Of a stretch of DNA of 64,000 bases, positions 9,181 through 18,388 are shown in pieces. Made by a program: the position numbers and the translations under genes. The notes under the pieces are model-generated. The model saw only the letters and a program-made list of their open reading frames with translations, was not told the origin of the DNA and made no database searches. The stretch's first letter is position 1, and each line of letters opens with the position of its first letter. Where the stretch lies: sequence record MZ475895.1, one strand, 5' to 3'.

Positions 9181-9450
9181 ATGTTCTTTAAAAATCCTGT
9201 TGGCGGTATCATCCCCAACTTTCCTATTCAACATACCATCGTTGATATGGAGCGCAGAGTATCAGAGCTGTACGGCGAGTTACGCGCTGCTGGCTGCAAA
9301 GTCGTTCAGGAGCTTGACTGTTTGTACATCGAAGTTCCGCACGGCGTTAATGTTGACCCGATCATGAAGCGTCATGAGGAGATGTTCACCAGCATCACTT
9401 CAAAGCCTGGTCGTCTGAGTCTAGGAGATGAAGATGAAGAAGAAATTTAA
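9181..9450 (+). CDS. hypothetical protein (89 aa)
   Basis: GGAG RBS. Confidence 0.7.
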   Translation: MFFKNPVGGIIPNFPIQHTIVDMERRVSELYGELRAAGCKVVQELDCLYIEVPHGVNVDPIMKRHEEMFTSITSKPGRLSLGDEDEEEI

Positions 9451-9856
9451 TCCTGATACTCACAGCGTATCTCTCCACTTCGGTCCGCATATCGTTCACG
9501 GTCATGCGCAGGAGACAGCGTTCGGTGAGGTGATGCAGTCAATGCTGCTGCGTGAAATCAGTCGCAATGCTCATGAGTCATTTAGTAGCCTTGCTGTTGC
9601 CAAGCCTGCTCCAACCTTCGAAATTAAGGAGCAAGACGGCAGTTCCATCATTCGTGCTATTGAGCAATGGCGCCAGATGCTTGCTGATGCTCCTCAGCCT
9701 GAAGAGTTTACGCCGTGCAGTATTCCTGATTGGATGCGTCCTAGTTTGCGTGAGAGCGGTATGACTGACGCGCAGATTGATAGCATTCTGATCACAGGCG
9801 TCGAACCTAATCTAGGCGATGCGCCTGGCGTGACATTCAGGACAGTAACCATCTAA
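9434..9856 (+). CDS. hypothetical protein
   Basis: AGGAG RBS 6 nt before ATG 9434. Confidence 0.65.
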   Translation: MKKKFNPDTHSVSLHFGPHIVHGHAQETAFGEVMQSMLLREISRNAHESFSSLAVAKPAPTFEIKEQDGSSIIRAIEQWRQMLADAPQPEEFTPCSIPDWMRPSLRESGMTDAQIDSILITGVEPNLGDAPGVTFRTVTI

Positions 9857-10068
9857 TGGCTTGTGCTGGATGTGGCCGCCGTAGTTCGAAAATAAGCTAC
9901 GGCCGTTCTTCTGCTCCTCCGACTGTTGTCGAAGAGGACGATACTCTCAGTGCAGCAATGTTAACACCCCAAGGTTGGGTAAGCACTTGTGTTGTGTGCG
10001 GCGCTCAATCAACTCCGTCACCATTTGCAGACACGATTCAGAAAACGTGTGACTGCAAACCTCAATGA
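9856..10068 (+). CDS. small Cys-rich (Zn-binding) protein
   Basis: CAGC, CVVC and CDC motifs; TAATG coupling. Confidence 0.65.
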   Translation: MACAGCGRRSSKISYGRSSAPPTVVEEDDTLSAAMLTPQGWVSTCVVCGAQSTPSPFADTIQKTCDCKPQ

Positions 10069-10076
10069 GATAAGTT

Positions 10077-10778
10077 ATGAACACAGTCTACCTGCCGTCT
10101 TTGATTGATGCGCTCAACAACTGCCGCTTCTATGCAGCGAACATGATCAACATTCAGTTCAACATGCGTCTTGAGTCATGTCCTCCTGAGCATCCTGAAG
10201 TGCCAGAAGAAGATCATCAATTGCTGGTGGCTCGTATCGCTCAGGAGTTTGACAATGCTGTGAGTCGCACTGACCTGCGCTGGGATGCAAAGCCGCTGAT
10301 TCATCGCTTCCGCGCACTGCACTCTCAGTATCTTACTGCGGTTGGCGGTGAGTTGCAGTTCGACCGAATCCCGGAACTGTCTTATCCGATTCCGTTCCCG
10401 TTCACTGAGAACATCCCACCTGATCAAGAGATCGCGCGTCGTCATCTGCGTTACACTGGCGAACAGGTTCGCGCATATCAGTACATGGTGTGTTTGTCGC
10501 GCTACACGCACAAGGAGGAGACGTACTATCTGCCGTCTCCTCCTGACCAGTTTGAGATGCCTGACGTTGATGCAGCACTGCCTTTCGATAGCGCACAATC
10601 GCAGATCGCTGGTATCTTCCTCGAACATTATCAGCGCGTTGAGCCTCCTCGTTATCGTGAGCAGGCGCTCCTCGAAGAAGTGGGTCGTGAGAAAATGCTG
10701 CCTATGATTTCTCAGTGTCGTTTCTGGATCTACAAGGCATTCCCTACAGCTATCGAAAAGGTTGAAACAAATGACTGA
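10077..10778 (+). CDS. hypothetical protein (233 aa)
   Basis: Long ORF in operon. Confidence 0.75.
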   Translation: MNTVYLPSLIDALNNCRFYAANMINIQFNMRLESCPPEHPEVPEEDHQLLVARIAQEFDNAVSRTDLRWDAKPLIHRFRALHSQYLTAVGGELQFDRIPELSYPIPFPFTENIPPDQEIARRHLRYTGEQVRAYQYMVCLSRYTHKEETYYLPSPPDQFEMPDVDAALPFDSAQSQIAGIFLEHYQRVEPPRYREQALLEEVGREKMLPMISQCRFWIYKAFPTAIEKVETND

Positions 10779-11292
10779 TGTGGTTGTGTTCGACAAGCAA
10801 AGTGAGTGGGAAGACTTTGGTAGTGCAGTCTACGAAGAATTCCGACTAAACGTAATGACGGGCAGTAGCAGCGCATCTCAGATTCCTTCTGTTGTTGCGT
10901 CTGAGGATGTGAAGCACGTTCTCAACTATGCCAATAAAGGTCTGGACCAATCGCCTATCGTTGTGCTGGACGTTCTTATTCGTGAGATTGATCTGGCGGA
11001 AGGTGAATCGCGCAACTACGATGCAGACGGTCTGGACAGCGCTGTGCGTAAGATTGTTAACCTGTACAAAGCGCGTGCTGCTGATCTTGATTGTCACCTG
11101 ACAGGTAACTTCCTGAACACGGGTCATCAGGTTGATGGTGCGTTGCTGCGTATCTATCGCAATAGCGACTGGTCCTGCAAAGGTCACCCAGAAGTTCTCG
11201 TCGGCCCTATTGGCATGTATCACTGTGACAAGTGCGGTGAACTGCAAGTGGCCGGAACATTCCACTCAGTACCGGAGCAAGCGAATGTCTGA
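10771..11292 (+). CDS. hypothetical protein with C-terminal Zn finger (C.GH...HCDKC)
   Basis: Overlapping start, Cys/His motif. Confidence 0.7.
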   Translation: MTDVVVFDKQSEWEDFGSAVYEEFRLNVMTGSSSASQIPSVVASEDVKHVLNYANKGLDQSPIVVLDVLIREIDLAEGESRNYDADGLDSAVRKIVNLYKARAADLDCHLTGNFLNTGHQVDGALLRIYRNSDWSCKGHPEVLVGPIGMYHCDKCGELQVAGTFHSVPEQANV

Positions 11293-11755
11293 TAAAGGCG
11301 GTTTGTGGCGTGTCTTCCCTGACTACGACTCGGAAGAGATGATGATCAAACTCAACATGGCTATCGGCGTTGACCCTGACGATGATGGCGTGCCTGATGA
11401 GTTGCATGTTACTCTGGCGTATGACGAAACTAACCCTGACGTCGAGGCAGAAGTGAATCATCCGGGTGAGTTCTTTGCGACTGTCACAGGTGTTGAGCTG
11501 TTTGGTGAGGGTCAAGATAAGATTCTGGTGCTCGTGCTCGAATCGCCTGACCTGTGTGCAGAGCATGATCGCATTCACGCATGTGGTGCAGCCAAGTTCT
11601 CTCACTCTCCGTATCGTCCACACGTTACGCTGTTGAAGCGTGCGAAAGACAGTCAGGTTGAATATCTGAATCAGATCATTCAGCATCCAGGGCGTCCACC
11701 AATCACCCTGCGCTTCATCGATGAAGATCGCAAGATGTTGGACAAGCGTAGTTAA
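11285..11755 (+). CDS. acb1: 2H phosphoesterase, Acb1 / T4 gp57B-like (anti-CBASS candidate)
   Basis: Two HxT motifs (LHVTL, PHVTL); ILVLVLESPDLCAEH and GAAKFSHSPYRPHVTL parallel T4 57B LVLVLDSEYLRCRH and GATHDFDDYTPHITL (from memory); start reassigned to ATG 11285. Confidence 0.75.
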   Translation: MSDKGGLWRVFPDYDSEEMMIKLNMAIGVDPDDDGVPDELHVTLAYDETNPDVEAEVNHPGEFFATVTGVELFGEGQDKILVLVLESPDLCAEHDRIHACGAAKFSHSPYRPHVTLLKRAKDSQVEYLNQIIQHPGRPPITLRFIDEDRKMLDKRS

Positions 11756-11759
11756 AAAC

Positions 11760-11787
11760 AAGCGGTGGCCAATGTGCTGCCGCTTTT
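11760..11787 (+). terminator. intrinsic terminator
   Basis: AAGCGGTGGC...GCTGCCGCTTTT. Confidence 0.7.
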
Positions 11788-11807
11788 GTCATTCTGGAGG
11801 AATTTCG

Positions 11808-12131
11808 ATGGAAATGCTCGTAAGCCTTAGCCATGAGTTGCGTGTCGATGAGCAAGACGCACGCACGGCAGAAGAAGCACAGCCTCAGCAAAATCCTGAT
11901 CAAGCACGCGCCCTTGAGCTGCAAGAAAAGAAACGCATCGAAGACACTTACGGTGTTGAAGCCACTGATGAAGAAATCAAACGTGGCGAAGATGCAGAGG
12001 CCGAAAAGAAACAAGCAGAGGAAGAGTCTGCCAAGCCTGAGAAGGTTGAGAATCTCGGTCAGTTTAAGCCCCGTGAAGATCTGACTGCCTCACAGATACA
12101 AGATGCGCACGATAAGCCAATCAATCTGTGA
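11808..12131 (+). CDS. hypothetical E/Q-rich protein (107 aa)
   Basis: GGAGG RBS before ATG 11808. Confidence 0.7.
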   Translation: MEMLVSLSHELRVDEQDARTAEEAQPQQNPDQARALELQEKKRIEDTYGVEATDEEIKRGEDAEAEKKQAEEESAKPEKVENLGQFKPREDLTASQIQDAHDKPINL

Positions 12132-12135
12132 AAAT

Positions 12136-12143
12136 CTGTAAAT
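12136..12143 (+). promoter_or_regulatory. CTGTAAAT motif upstream of the sigma gene
   Basis: Intergenic, 33 nt before ATG 12177. Confidence 0.5.
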
Positions 12144-12176
12144 AAGAGTCAAAGCAACTGACAGGTGTATTTGACC

Positions 12177-13214
12177 ATGAATAACAAGTCTAACCTGACA
12201 GGCGGTCAAATCGAAAGCGTCATGGACACGATGCTTCACGACTGCCTGAGGGAGATTGTTGAGAATACGGATATATTCGATGTGCAGCTAACGTACCTGT
12301 TGGCTCTCATCACGTCGAACAAAAAGCGTAAGCCCTACAACGCTCAAACCCGTGACCGCGCGATCAGCCTTCTGATTCGTGCGCTTTCAGTTCCTCGTAA
12401 TCAGAAAATGATCTACATTCAGGAACTGAAAATGGAACGCAACTTTATCTATGTGTTCCTGGAAAATGTAATTAAGCGGTACTACGTTACTTATGTTGAT
12501 CTCTATCGCGCATTCATTTGCACGCAAGATGAGGTCAAGCGTAAAGCGTATGCGAATCGCCTGAACGTGTATGTCAAAATGTTCGGTGCCGATTCCCGCT
12601 CCAAACTGTTTGTTGCGCTGTGCCGCTTAAACGATCTGATGCCGCAGTTCATGGAATACTTCCATAGCGTTGTCGGTGACTTCTATCGTCTGAGCAGCAA
12701 GCAAACGAAATTTTATATTGATACCAATAAAGGCAAGCTATACGACAGCAAGGACGTGCGTCAAAACTTCCTGCGCAATATCATTATTGCTATCAATAAG
12801 TATGACTCGTCGCGAGGTGCGATAGTCAGCTACGTGAAGTGGTGGATTCTGAACGCTCAAACCTGTAGCAGCTCCGAGCATGAGTACGGTATTGCTTACA
12901 CGATACCTCAGACTCAGCGTAAGAAACTCGCAACAGGTGAAGACAACACTTCAATGAATTTCTCGGTTAGTCTCGATGCTCCAACGTCTGAATCTGATGA
13001 AGGGGCGGACGCGTCCTTGCATCAAAAGGTGAGTGACCATCATCACCTTGAAGATCACGTTGACAGCGAAAGACGTACTGAAAAACTGAGGCTGCTTATT
13101 AAGCGCGTTGACCCCTATGGAGTGGCCCGACTGACTATGGACGTCGGAGAGGAGTTCGATAAATTCGAGCTGGAAAAAATGCAGCGACATATGCAGCTTC
13201 AAGGGCTAGCCTAA
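12177..13214 (+). CDS. phage RNA polymerase sigma factor (sigma70-like region 2)
   Basis: DVRQNFLRNIIIAINKYDSSRGAIVSYVKWWILNA matches sigma70 regions 2.2-2.4 (A..kfD..rG..fstYa.WWI.qA); SVSLDAP resembles region 3. Confidence 0.8.
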   Translation: MNNKSNLTGGQIESVMDTMLHDCLREIVENTDIFDVQLTYLLALITSNKKRKPYNAQTRDRAISLLIRALSVPRNQKMIYIQELKMERNFIYVFLENVIKRYYVTYVDLYRAFICTQDEVKRKAYANRLNVYVKMFGADSRSKLFVALCRLNDLMPQFMEYFHSVVGDFYRLSSKQTKFYIDTNKGKLYDSKDVRQNFLRNIIIAINKYDSSRGAIVSYVKWWILNAQTCSSSEHEYGIAYTIPQTQRKKLATGEDNTSMNFSVSLDAPTSESDEGADASLHQKVSDHHHLEDHVDSERRTEKLRLLIKRVDPYGVARLTMDVGEEFDKFELEKMQRHMQLQGLA

Positions 13215-13216
13215 AA

Positions 13217-13224
13217 CTGTAAAC
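13217..13224 (+). promoter_or_regulatory. CTGTAAAC motif upstream of SSB
   Basis: Intergenic, 37 nt before ATG 13262. Confidence 0.5.
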
Positions 13225-13261
13225 ATTGCGTAACAGCAAAACTCAATATTGAGGATATACA

Positions 13262-14518
13262 ATGGGACGTGGATTTGGTGACATTCAGGACAACAGCAAA
13301 CGCGATAGCCTTCGCGAGTCCGAAATTTTTGAAATCTTCCCTTTAGCGAAGAAAGCAAACGGCGCGTGGGTATCGATTCGTCTGTTGGACCTTGACCTGC
13401 TTCCAATCAAGAAGCACTGGATTAAGATCATGGGCGGGAAAGATAAAGATAAGGAAATCAAAATCCCGCGTATGTGCGTCAGCTTCGACCCTGACAATCA
13501 GAACAAGCCGCTCAAAGGCATGAAGTGTCCGTACTGTGGTATTCAACACGGTAACGATGAGTCGGGCGCACCAGCGCAGTATGACTACAAGTGGTACGCG
13601 CAAGCAATCATCCGTGATGTGCAGGCCGGTGCTCCTCGCAAAATGCCGAGCATGACTAAGAAAGAACAAAAGTCAGGCAAGAAAGAAATGGGCAGCGAGT
13701 CTTGGACTCCTGTGCAGTGTATCGGTCTGTCAAACTCTCTGGCAAGTAAAATCCAGCAGCTGGGTGAGCGTAACATTCACACGGTCAAAGATAAGAAAAC
13801 CGGTAAGAAGTCTAAGCAGGCGTTCCAGGTTAACCATCCGAAGTATGGCTGTGATATTGAAATCAAATACAACGCCAAGAAATCTCCGGCTGAACGTTAC
13901 ACCCTCGAACGTGGCGATCATACTCCACTGACGAAAGATGAACAGGCGTATCTGACCTGGGACTTCGACAACTGGAACGAAATCTACGACCTGCTGGGCC
14001 GTCTGGACGAAGATGCTGCTATGGCAGACTTCAAAAAGATGGACGTTCTCGGCGGTGAGTCTCAAGTCGATGGAGACGACGATGAAGACGAAGACGATGA
14101 TGACGACATGGCGCTCGGCAAGAAAAAGAAAGGCGCCAAAGGCAAAGCGGACAAGAAAAATCGCCGCTCAATGGACGATGATGACGAAGACGACGACGAA
14201 GACGATGAAGATGATCGTCCGTCAAAATCTAAGAAGTCCAAGTCCAAGTCGAAGTCTCGTGCTCTGTTAGACGACGATGAAGACGATGAGGACGAAGACG
14301 ATAAGCCTAAGAAGAAAAAGAAATCTTCTAAGGACAAGCCGTCCAAGTCGTCTAAAGTGAAGTCCAAAAAGTCTAAGAAGTCAGATGATGACGACGAAGA
14401 CGAAGACGACGAAGATGATAAGCCGAAGAAGAAAAAGAAATCCTCTTCGGTGAAGTCGTCGTCTAAGAAAAAGTCTTCGAAGGACGATGAGCCTAAGAAG
14501 AAAAAGAAAAAGAAGTAA
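13262..14518 (+). CDS. single-stranded DNA-binding protein (gp32-like) with block-charged D/E-K tail
   Basis: Position between sigma and recA; IRLL, C..FDP...KCPYC and NHPKYGCDIEIK gp32-like motifs; about 150-aa low-complexity tail. Confidence 0.65.
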   Translation: MGRGFGDIQDNSKRDSLRESEIFEIFPLAKKANGAWVSIRLLDLDLLPIKKHWIKIMGGKDKDKEIKIPRMCVSFDPDNQNKPLKGMKCPYCGIQHGNDESGAPAQYDYKWYAQAIIRDVQAGAPRKMPSMTKKEQKSGKKEMGSESWTPVQCIGLSNSLASKIQQLGERNIHTVKDKKTGKKSKQAFQVNHPKYGCDIEIKYNAKKSPAERYTLERGDHTPLTKDEQAYLTWDFDNWNEIYDLLGRLDEDAAMADFKKMDVLGGESQVDGDDDEDEDDDDDMALGKKKKGAKGKADKKNRRSMDDDDEDDDEDDEDDRPSKSKKSKSKSKSRALLDDDEDDEDEDDKPKKKKKSSKDKPSKSSKVKSKKSKKSDDDDEDEDDEDDKPKKKKKSSSVKSSSKKKSSKDDEPKKKKKKK

Positions 14519-14526
14519 AATGAATC

Positions 14527-14554
14527 GGGGTGGCTAGCGCCGCCCCTTTCTTTT
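14527..14554 (+). terminator. intrinsic terminator
   Basis: GGGGTGGC-TAGC-GCCGCCCC-TTTCTTTT. Confidence 0.8.
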
Positions 14555-14577
14555 CTCCACTCAGGAATTATCTCTCA

Positions 14578-17079
14578 ATGGCAAAAGAGAAGAAGGCCAA
14601 AGCAAGCAAGAAAGCGAAAGCTGTTGCTTCTGATGACATTGGCGGGACCGTAGTAGAACTGTTTAGTCTGGGTAGCTACATGGACGACGTCCTCGATGCT
14701 ATCGAAAAGAAGACGAAAGTTAGTTCCGCTGATGCTGCCCGACATGCTCCTCGTATCTCGACCGGTGTGCTTGCTCTCGACATGTATCTGGATGGTGGTA
14801 TCGTGCCTGGTGGCTGGTACACGTTCAGCGGCGGTGAGCAATCATGTAAGTCAACCATGACCATGAGTATCATGGCCTCTCTTATTCGTCTCAAGTACAG
14901 CGGCATTAGCGTTGTGTTTGACTACGAAGGTTCCACCGATGCTGACTACGTTGCTGGTCAGCTCAAAACGTTCGGCGTTAAAGTCGATCCGAAAACTATC
15001 TTCGGTGTGCGTGATGAAGAAGGCGGCTGGATTATCAAGCCTACCATTCGCTACTACGCGCCTGACAACGGTGAGCGCTTCTTCGATTATATGTCGATGC
15101 TGCGTCGTCGTCTGCCTGACAAGATCGTTGAGAAAGACGGTTCAGCTTACTACCTCTTCGAGAACACCAAAGAGAACTCGAAGAAGCTGGCAGGCAAGTA
15201 CGATAAGAAGTGGTTCAGTCGTAACAACCAGTTCAAAGTTCCTGCGCCGGATGGCCACATGCAGGCTGCTGTTATCGTTGACTCATATCCGGCAATGCTG
15301 CCTGATCAGGTCGATGATGACGACGGTTCAAAAGCAATGGCTCTGCAAGCGCGTATGTTCTCCGATGGCATCAAACGTTTCCGTGGCGGTATGCGCCGTA
15401 AGATGATGACTATCGTGGGCGTTAACCAGTTGCGCCAGAAGCCTGCTGTAATGTTCGGTAGCCCTGAATATGAGCCAGGCGGTGATGCGCTCAAGTTCTA
15501 TTGCTTCGCTGATGACACGCGCATTCGTACCGACCACGGTGTGTTGACTGCACCTCAGATTAAAGCGCTGCTGGACGAAGGCAAAGAAGTTTGCGTTGAA
15601 TCGTTCGAAGGCTTCCAGAAGATTAACGGTGCGTGGAAAGTTGAAGACGCTCCTTATCCGATTGAAGTCAATGCTGGTGGCCATGTGTATATTGGCAGTG
15701 CTGAGCATCGCCAGTTCACCTTCATGCATGACACAACCGCAGAAGGTATGCGTGTACTTCGTCCTGAGTGGAACACGCTTAGCCAACTGGCTCAGTACCC
15801 TTCTGCGGAAGGTCAGTACGCTGCGATTCGTCTTGCGTCCGTCGAAGAACTCAAGCAGAACACGCCTGATCAATTCGATGCCTCCAGCAAGAACATCGAG
15901 CTGGTGCTTTCTAACTGCGGTCCTGAGAAGCGTGATATTAATATCCTCTCTCATGACGGCACAACGTACACAATGCCTGCTGTGCTGATCGACGCCGTTG
16001 GTCCTTACGATCACGTTGAAGACTTCGCGCATTACATTCAGGACTTCCTGAACATCGGTATCTATGCGTATGCAGACAACTCCGGTATCTGGATTCCTGG
16101 TCTGGTTGAAGCTGACCTGCACAACGCTGTTGCACGCGATGCAGACTCTGGTTATCAGGGCGTTGACTTCTACGCTACCTCGCGTCAGATCAGCTATCAG
16201 ATGATGGCAGTTATCTCTGACGTGTTCCCAGAGCTGACCCGCTTCGTTCTGGACTTCAATGCCAAGTACGCCGCAGAACAGGAAGACGTAGTTTATCTGG
16301 CGCCTGGCTTTGACATTGCCGAAGCTATGGACGGCATTCTGCACAAAGAGATCAGCGGCTACGACGACCAATACGATCTGCTGATGCAGCAACTGGCATA
16401 CGTTGAAGACTGGTTCAGTGTTGATGACCGTCTGCTGCCTGTACCGTTTACGCTGCGTGCGCTTGACAAGCAAGTTGAGTTCTGGGATGTTAACGTCGAT
16501 GAAACTTCCGTCGTTATCACCAACAACTTCGTTAGTCATAACAGTGACGTCCGCGTTCGTCTGGCCTCTCGCGCTGTGCCTGAAGGCTGGCCGAAACTCA
16601 AAGACGCGCCTGGCGTTGTCGGTGAGAAGTCTGTTTCTGTTGAAGGTGGTACTGACCGCTATCGCTTCATTGCAGCCAAGACCATCAAGAACAAGATGGG
16701 CGGTATCCCTAACCAGTTGACGTGGTTACGCCTGTGGGAAGCTGACGGTAACGGTGAAGCGCGTGGCTTTGACCCCGTGTTCGATACATGGCACTACGTC
16801 AAAACTCTCGGCCTCGTCAACGGTACGCGCAAGTCATTCAAACTGAAAGCACCGTGCCCTGTAGCATCCGAAGTTAAGATGGATTGGGATGACTTCCGTA
16901 CGCTGATCAACGGTAACAAAGAACAGATTGTTAGCGTGTGCAAAAAGCTGAAAGTCAAACCTGTATCTCTGCGTCTGTGGGCGTTCAAGTTCGTGCAGTC
17001 CCAGAAAGGCAAAGATATGTTGAAAGCGTCGATCAGTAAGTCCGTTAAGAACGTTAACGACGACGAAGACGACGATTAA
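14578..17079 (+). CDS. recA: RecA/UvsX recombinase precursor with intein (833 aa; about 486 aa spliced)
   Basis: ISTGVLALDMYL.GGIVPG, Walker A SGGEQSCKST, Walker B VIVDS, NQLRQK..VMFGSPE..PGGDALKFY|SDVRVRL. Confidence 0.93.
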   Translation: MAKEKKAKASKKAKAVASDDIGGTVVELFSLGSYMDDVLDAIEKKTKVSSADAARHAPRISTGVLALDMYLDGGIVPGGWYTFSGGEQSCKSTMTMSIMASLIRLKYSGISVVFDYEGSTDADYVAGQLKTFGVKVDPKTIFGVRDEEGGWIIKPTIRYYAPDNGERFFDYMSMLRRRLPDKIVEKDGSAYYLFENTKENSKKLAGKYDKKWFSRNNQFKVPAPDGHMQAAVIVDSYPAMLPDQVDDDDGSKAMALQARMFSDGIKRFRGGMRRKMMTIVGVNQLRQKPAVMFGSPEYEPGGDALKFYCFADDTRIRTDHGVLTAPQIKALLDEGKEVCVESFEGFQKINGAWKVEDAPYPIEVNAGGHVYIGSAEHRQFTFMHDTTAEGMRVLRPEWNTLSQLAQYPSAEGQYAAIRLASVEELKQNTPDQFDASSKNIELVLSNCGPEKRDINILSHDGTTYTMPAVLIDAVGPYDHVEDFAHYIQDFLNIGIYAYADNSGIWIPGLVEADLHNAVARDADSGYQGVDFYATSRQISYQMMAVISDVFPELTRFVLDFNAKYAAEQEDVVYLAPGFDIAEAMDGILHKEISGYDDQYDLLMQQLAYVEDWFSVDDRLLPVPFTLRALDKQVEFWDVNVDETSVVITNNFVSHNSDVRVRLASRAVPEGWPKLKDAPGVVGEKSVSVEGGTDRYRFIAAKTIKNKMGGIPNQLTWLRLWEADGNGEARGFDPVFDTWHYVKTLGLVNGTRKSFKLKAPCPVASEVKMDWDDFRTLINGNKEQIVSVCKKLKVKPVSLRLWAFKFVQSQKGKDMLKASISKSVKNVNDDEDDD
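15502..16542 (+). mobile_element. intein (347 aa) in recA
   Basis: Block A CFADDTRIRTDHG, block B GSAEHRQF, blocks F/G VEFWDVNVDETSVVITNNFVSHN, followed by Ser+1. Confidence 0.92.
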
Positions 17080-17123
17080 TTAACTCGCGGTCCTTCGGGG
17101 CCGCCCTCTACCCGGAGAAAGAG

Positions 17124-17507
17124 ATGCGTACTCTGATTCATACCGCAGACGTAACCAATCTGTCTGTGCTGGAACTGGAAGAAGGCTCTGTAGCAAAGCC
17201 TGTTACTCCAAATCTGATTTCTGATCTCAAAGAGCTGCTGTCACGCGAAAACCTGAGCCAGAACATTCGCCACGTTGTGTTCATCTCTGCTGATCAGGTC
17301 GGCGTATTCACCGAAGCTGAGATGATCAACTACTTCGACCCAATCGAGCAGGTGTCTGAAATCAACGCAGGCAATATCGGTACTGTGCTGGCTATGCAGG
17401 TTATTCGTGTCGATGACAAGACTAATCTGATCGCAGTGGCTGGTGTCACTGATGTGGAAGAAGGCGTTACTATCAACGAGTTCAACGCATCGCCTGTAAA
17501 TCTGTAA
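17124..17507 (+). CDS. hypothetical protein (127 aa)
   Basis: GGAGA RBS. Confidence 0.75.
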   Translation: MRTLIHTADVTNLSVLELEEGSVAKPVTPNLISDLKELLSRENLSQNIRHVVFISADQVGVFTEAEMINYFDPIEQVSEINAGNIGTVLAMQVIRVDDKTNLIAVAGVTDVEEGVTINEFNASPVNL

Positions 17508-17509
17508 AT
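17494..17509 (+). promoter_or_regulatory. tandem CTGTAAAT-CTGTAAAT
   Basis: Two adjacent copies; the second overlaps the TAA stop. Confidence 0.35.
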
Positions 17510-17577
17510 AAAACAAGTGAGGGCAATCGTGTCCTCACTTAACTCACTCTGATAGGGCATTGACCCAGGAGATAAAC

Positions 17578-18300
17578 ATGACAATCAAATTTGTCGAAGT
17601 ACCGAACATTAGTATGTTCGAGGGTCTGGTGCATGGCGCCAACCGACACGCACAAAACGCCAACATCGGCGGCAAGGCTCGTTACGCATTCTACGTGGAT
17701 GTGACAGAAGCTGCGGCAGAAGCTGCACTGTATTCAATGTTGCGCAAGAAGGCACACGCAGATGTTAGAGCTGTGGGCTACTCTGTTTCTCATACTGTTC
17801 GCGGTATGACTCAACCTAAAGAGATTCCTGTTTTCTTGTCGGACAATTTGTCTCACATATCATTGGATTCTTTGAAACAAAATTTATGTGAGTTGCTTCG
17901 TGCGCTGTGTCGTTCAGCCGCCAGCTCGGATAGCAATATCATTCTGTATTACCAAAAGGACATGGCTTTCATCAAAAGCAAAATGTTCGATTGGGTTCTT
18001 GAAAGCAAGTTAAGCAGACCTTCAAAAGTAGACTGCGAACTGTATGTTCGTTCCTCAAACATTGATCTTAACGTCCTTCTTAATATCGTTAGAGATCACG
18101 ATTATATCGGACACTTTGCATCTAGCATACCACAAGAGATTACAATAGGCTCTGATGCGAGTGCCATAGATGCCGTCAAGTTATGTGACACAGCCGACGT
18201 ACTGGCTGCTCAAGGCCGCAAAGTGCATCTGTGCAATGACATTTACCGCAAAGCGGTGTCTATCTCCTTTGCCGACGGTATTCCGCGTAATCAACTGTAA
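17578..18300 (+). CDS. hypothetical protein (240 aa)
   Basis: AGGAG RBS before ATG 17578. Confidence 0.75.
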   Translation: MTIKFVEVPNISMFEGLVHGANRHAQNANIGGKARYAFYVDVTEAAAEAALYSMLRKKAHADVRAVGYSVSHTVRGMTQPKEIPVFLSDNLSHISLDSLKQNLCELLRALCRSAASSDSNIILYYQKDMAFIKSKMFDWVLESKLSRPSKVDCELYVRSSNIDLNVLLNIVRDHDYIGHFASSIPQEITIGSDASAIDAVKLCDTADVLAAQGRKVHLCNDIYRKAVSISFADGIPRNQL

Positions 18301-18344
18301 ACCAAACACATTGCTGTGTGTAGTCTTTGGCCAAACTTAGGCTC

Positions 18345-18375
18345 GGGAGTCCAGGACGGGCTCCCATTTTTATTT
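18345..18375 (+). terminator. intrinsic terminator
   Basis: GGGAGTCC...GGGCTCCC-ATTTTTATTT. Confidence 0.65.
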
Positions 18376-18388
18376 CGGAGACAGAACA

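Noticed and set aside
9434-9856. Resemblance of the N-terminus (NPDTHSVSLHFGPHIVHG) to DUF3277 tail-tube-like proteins
   Set aside because: Similarity is limited to about 25 residues and the gene is outside a structural module; not supportable without a search.
15328-16539. 403-aa antisense ORF spanning the intein, as a possible separate homing endonuclease
   Set aside because: No nuclease motifs or RBS; stop-free antisense frames are expected with this codon bias.
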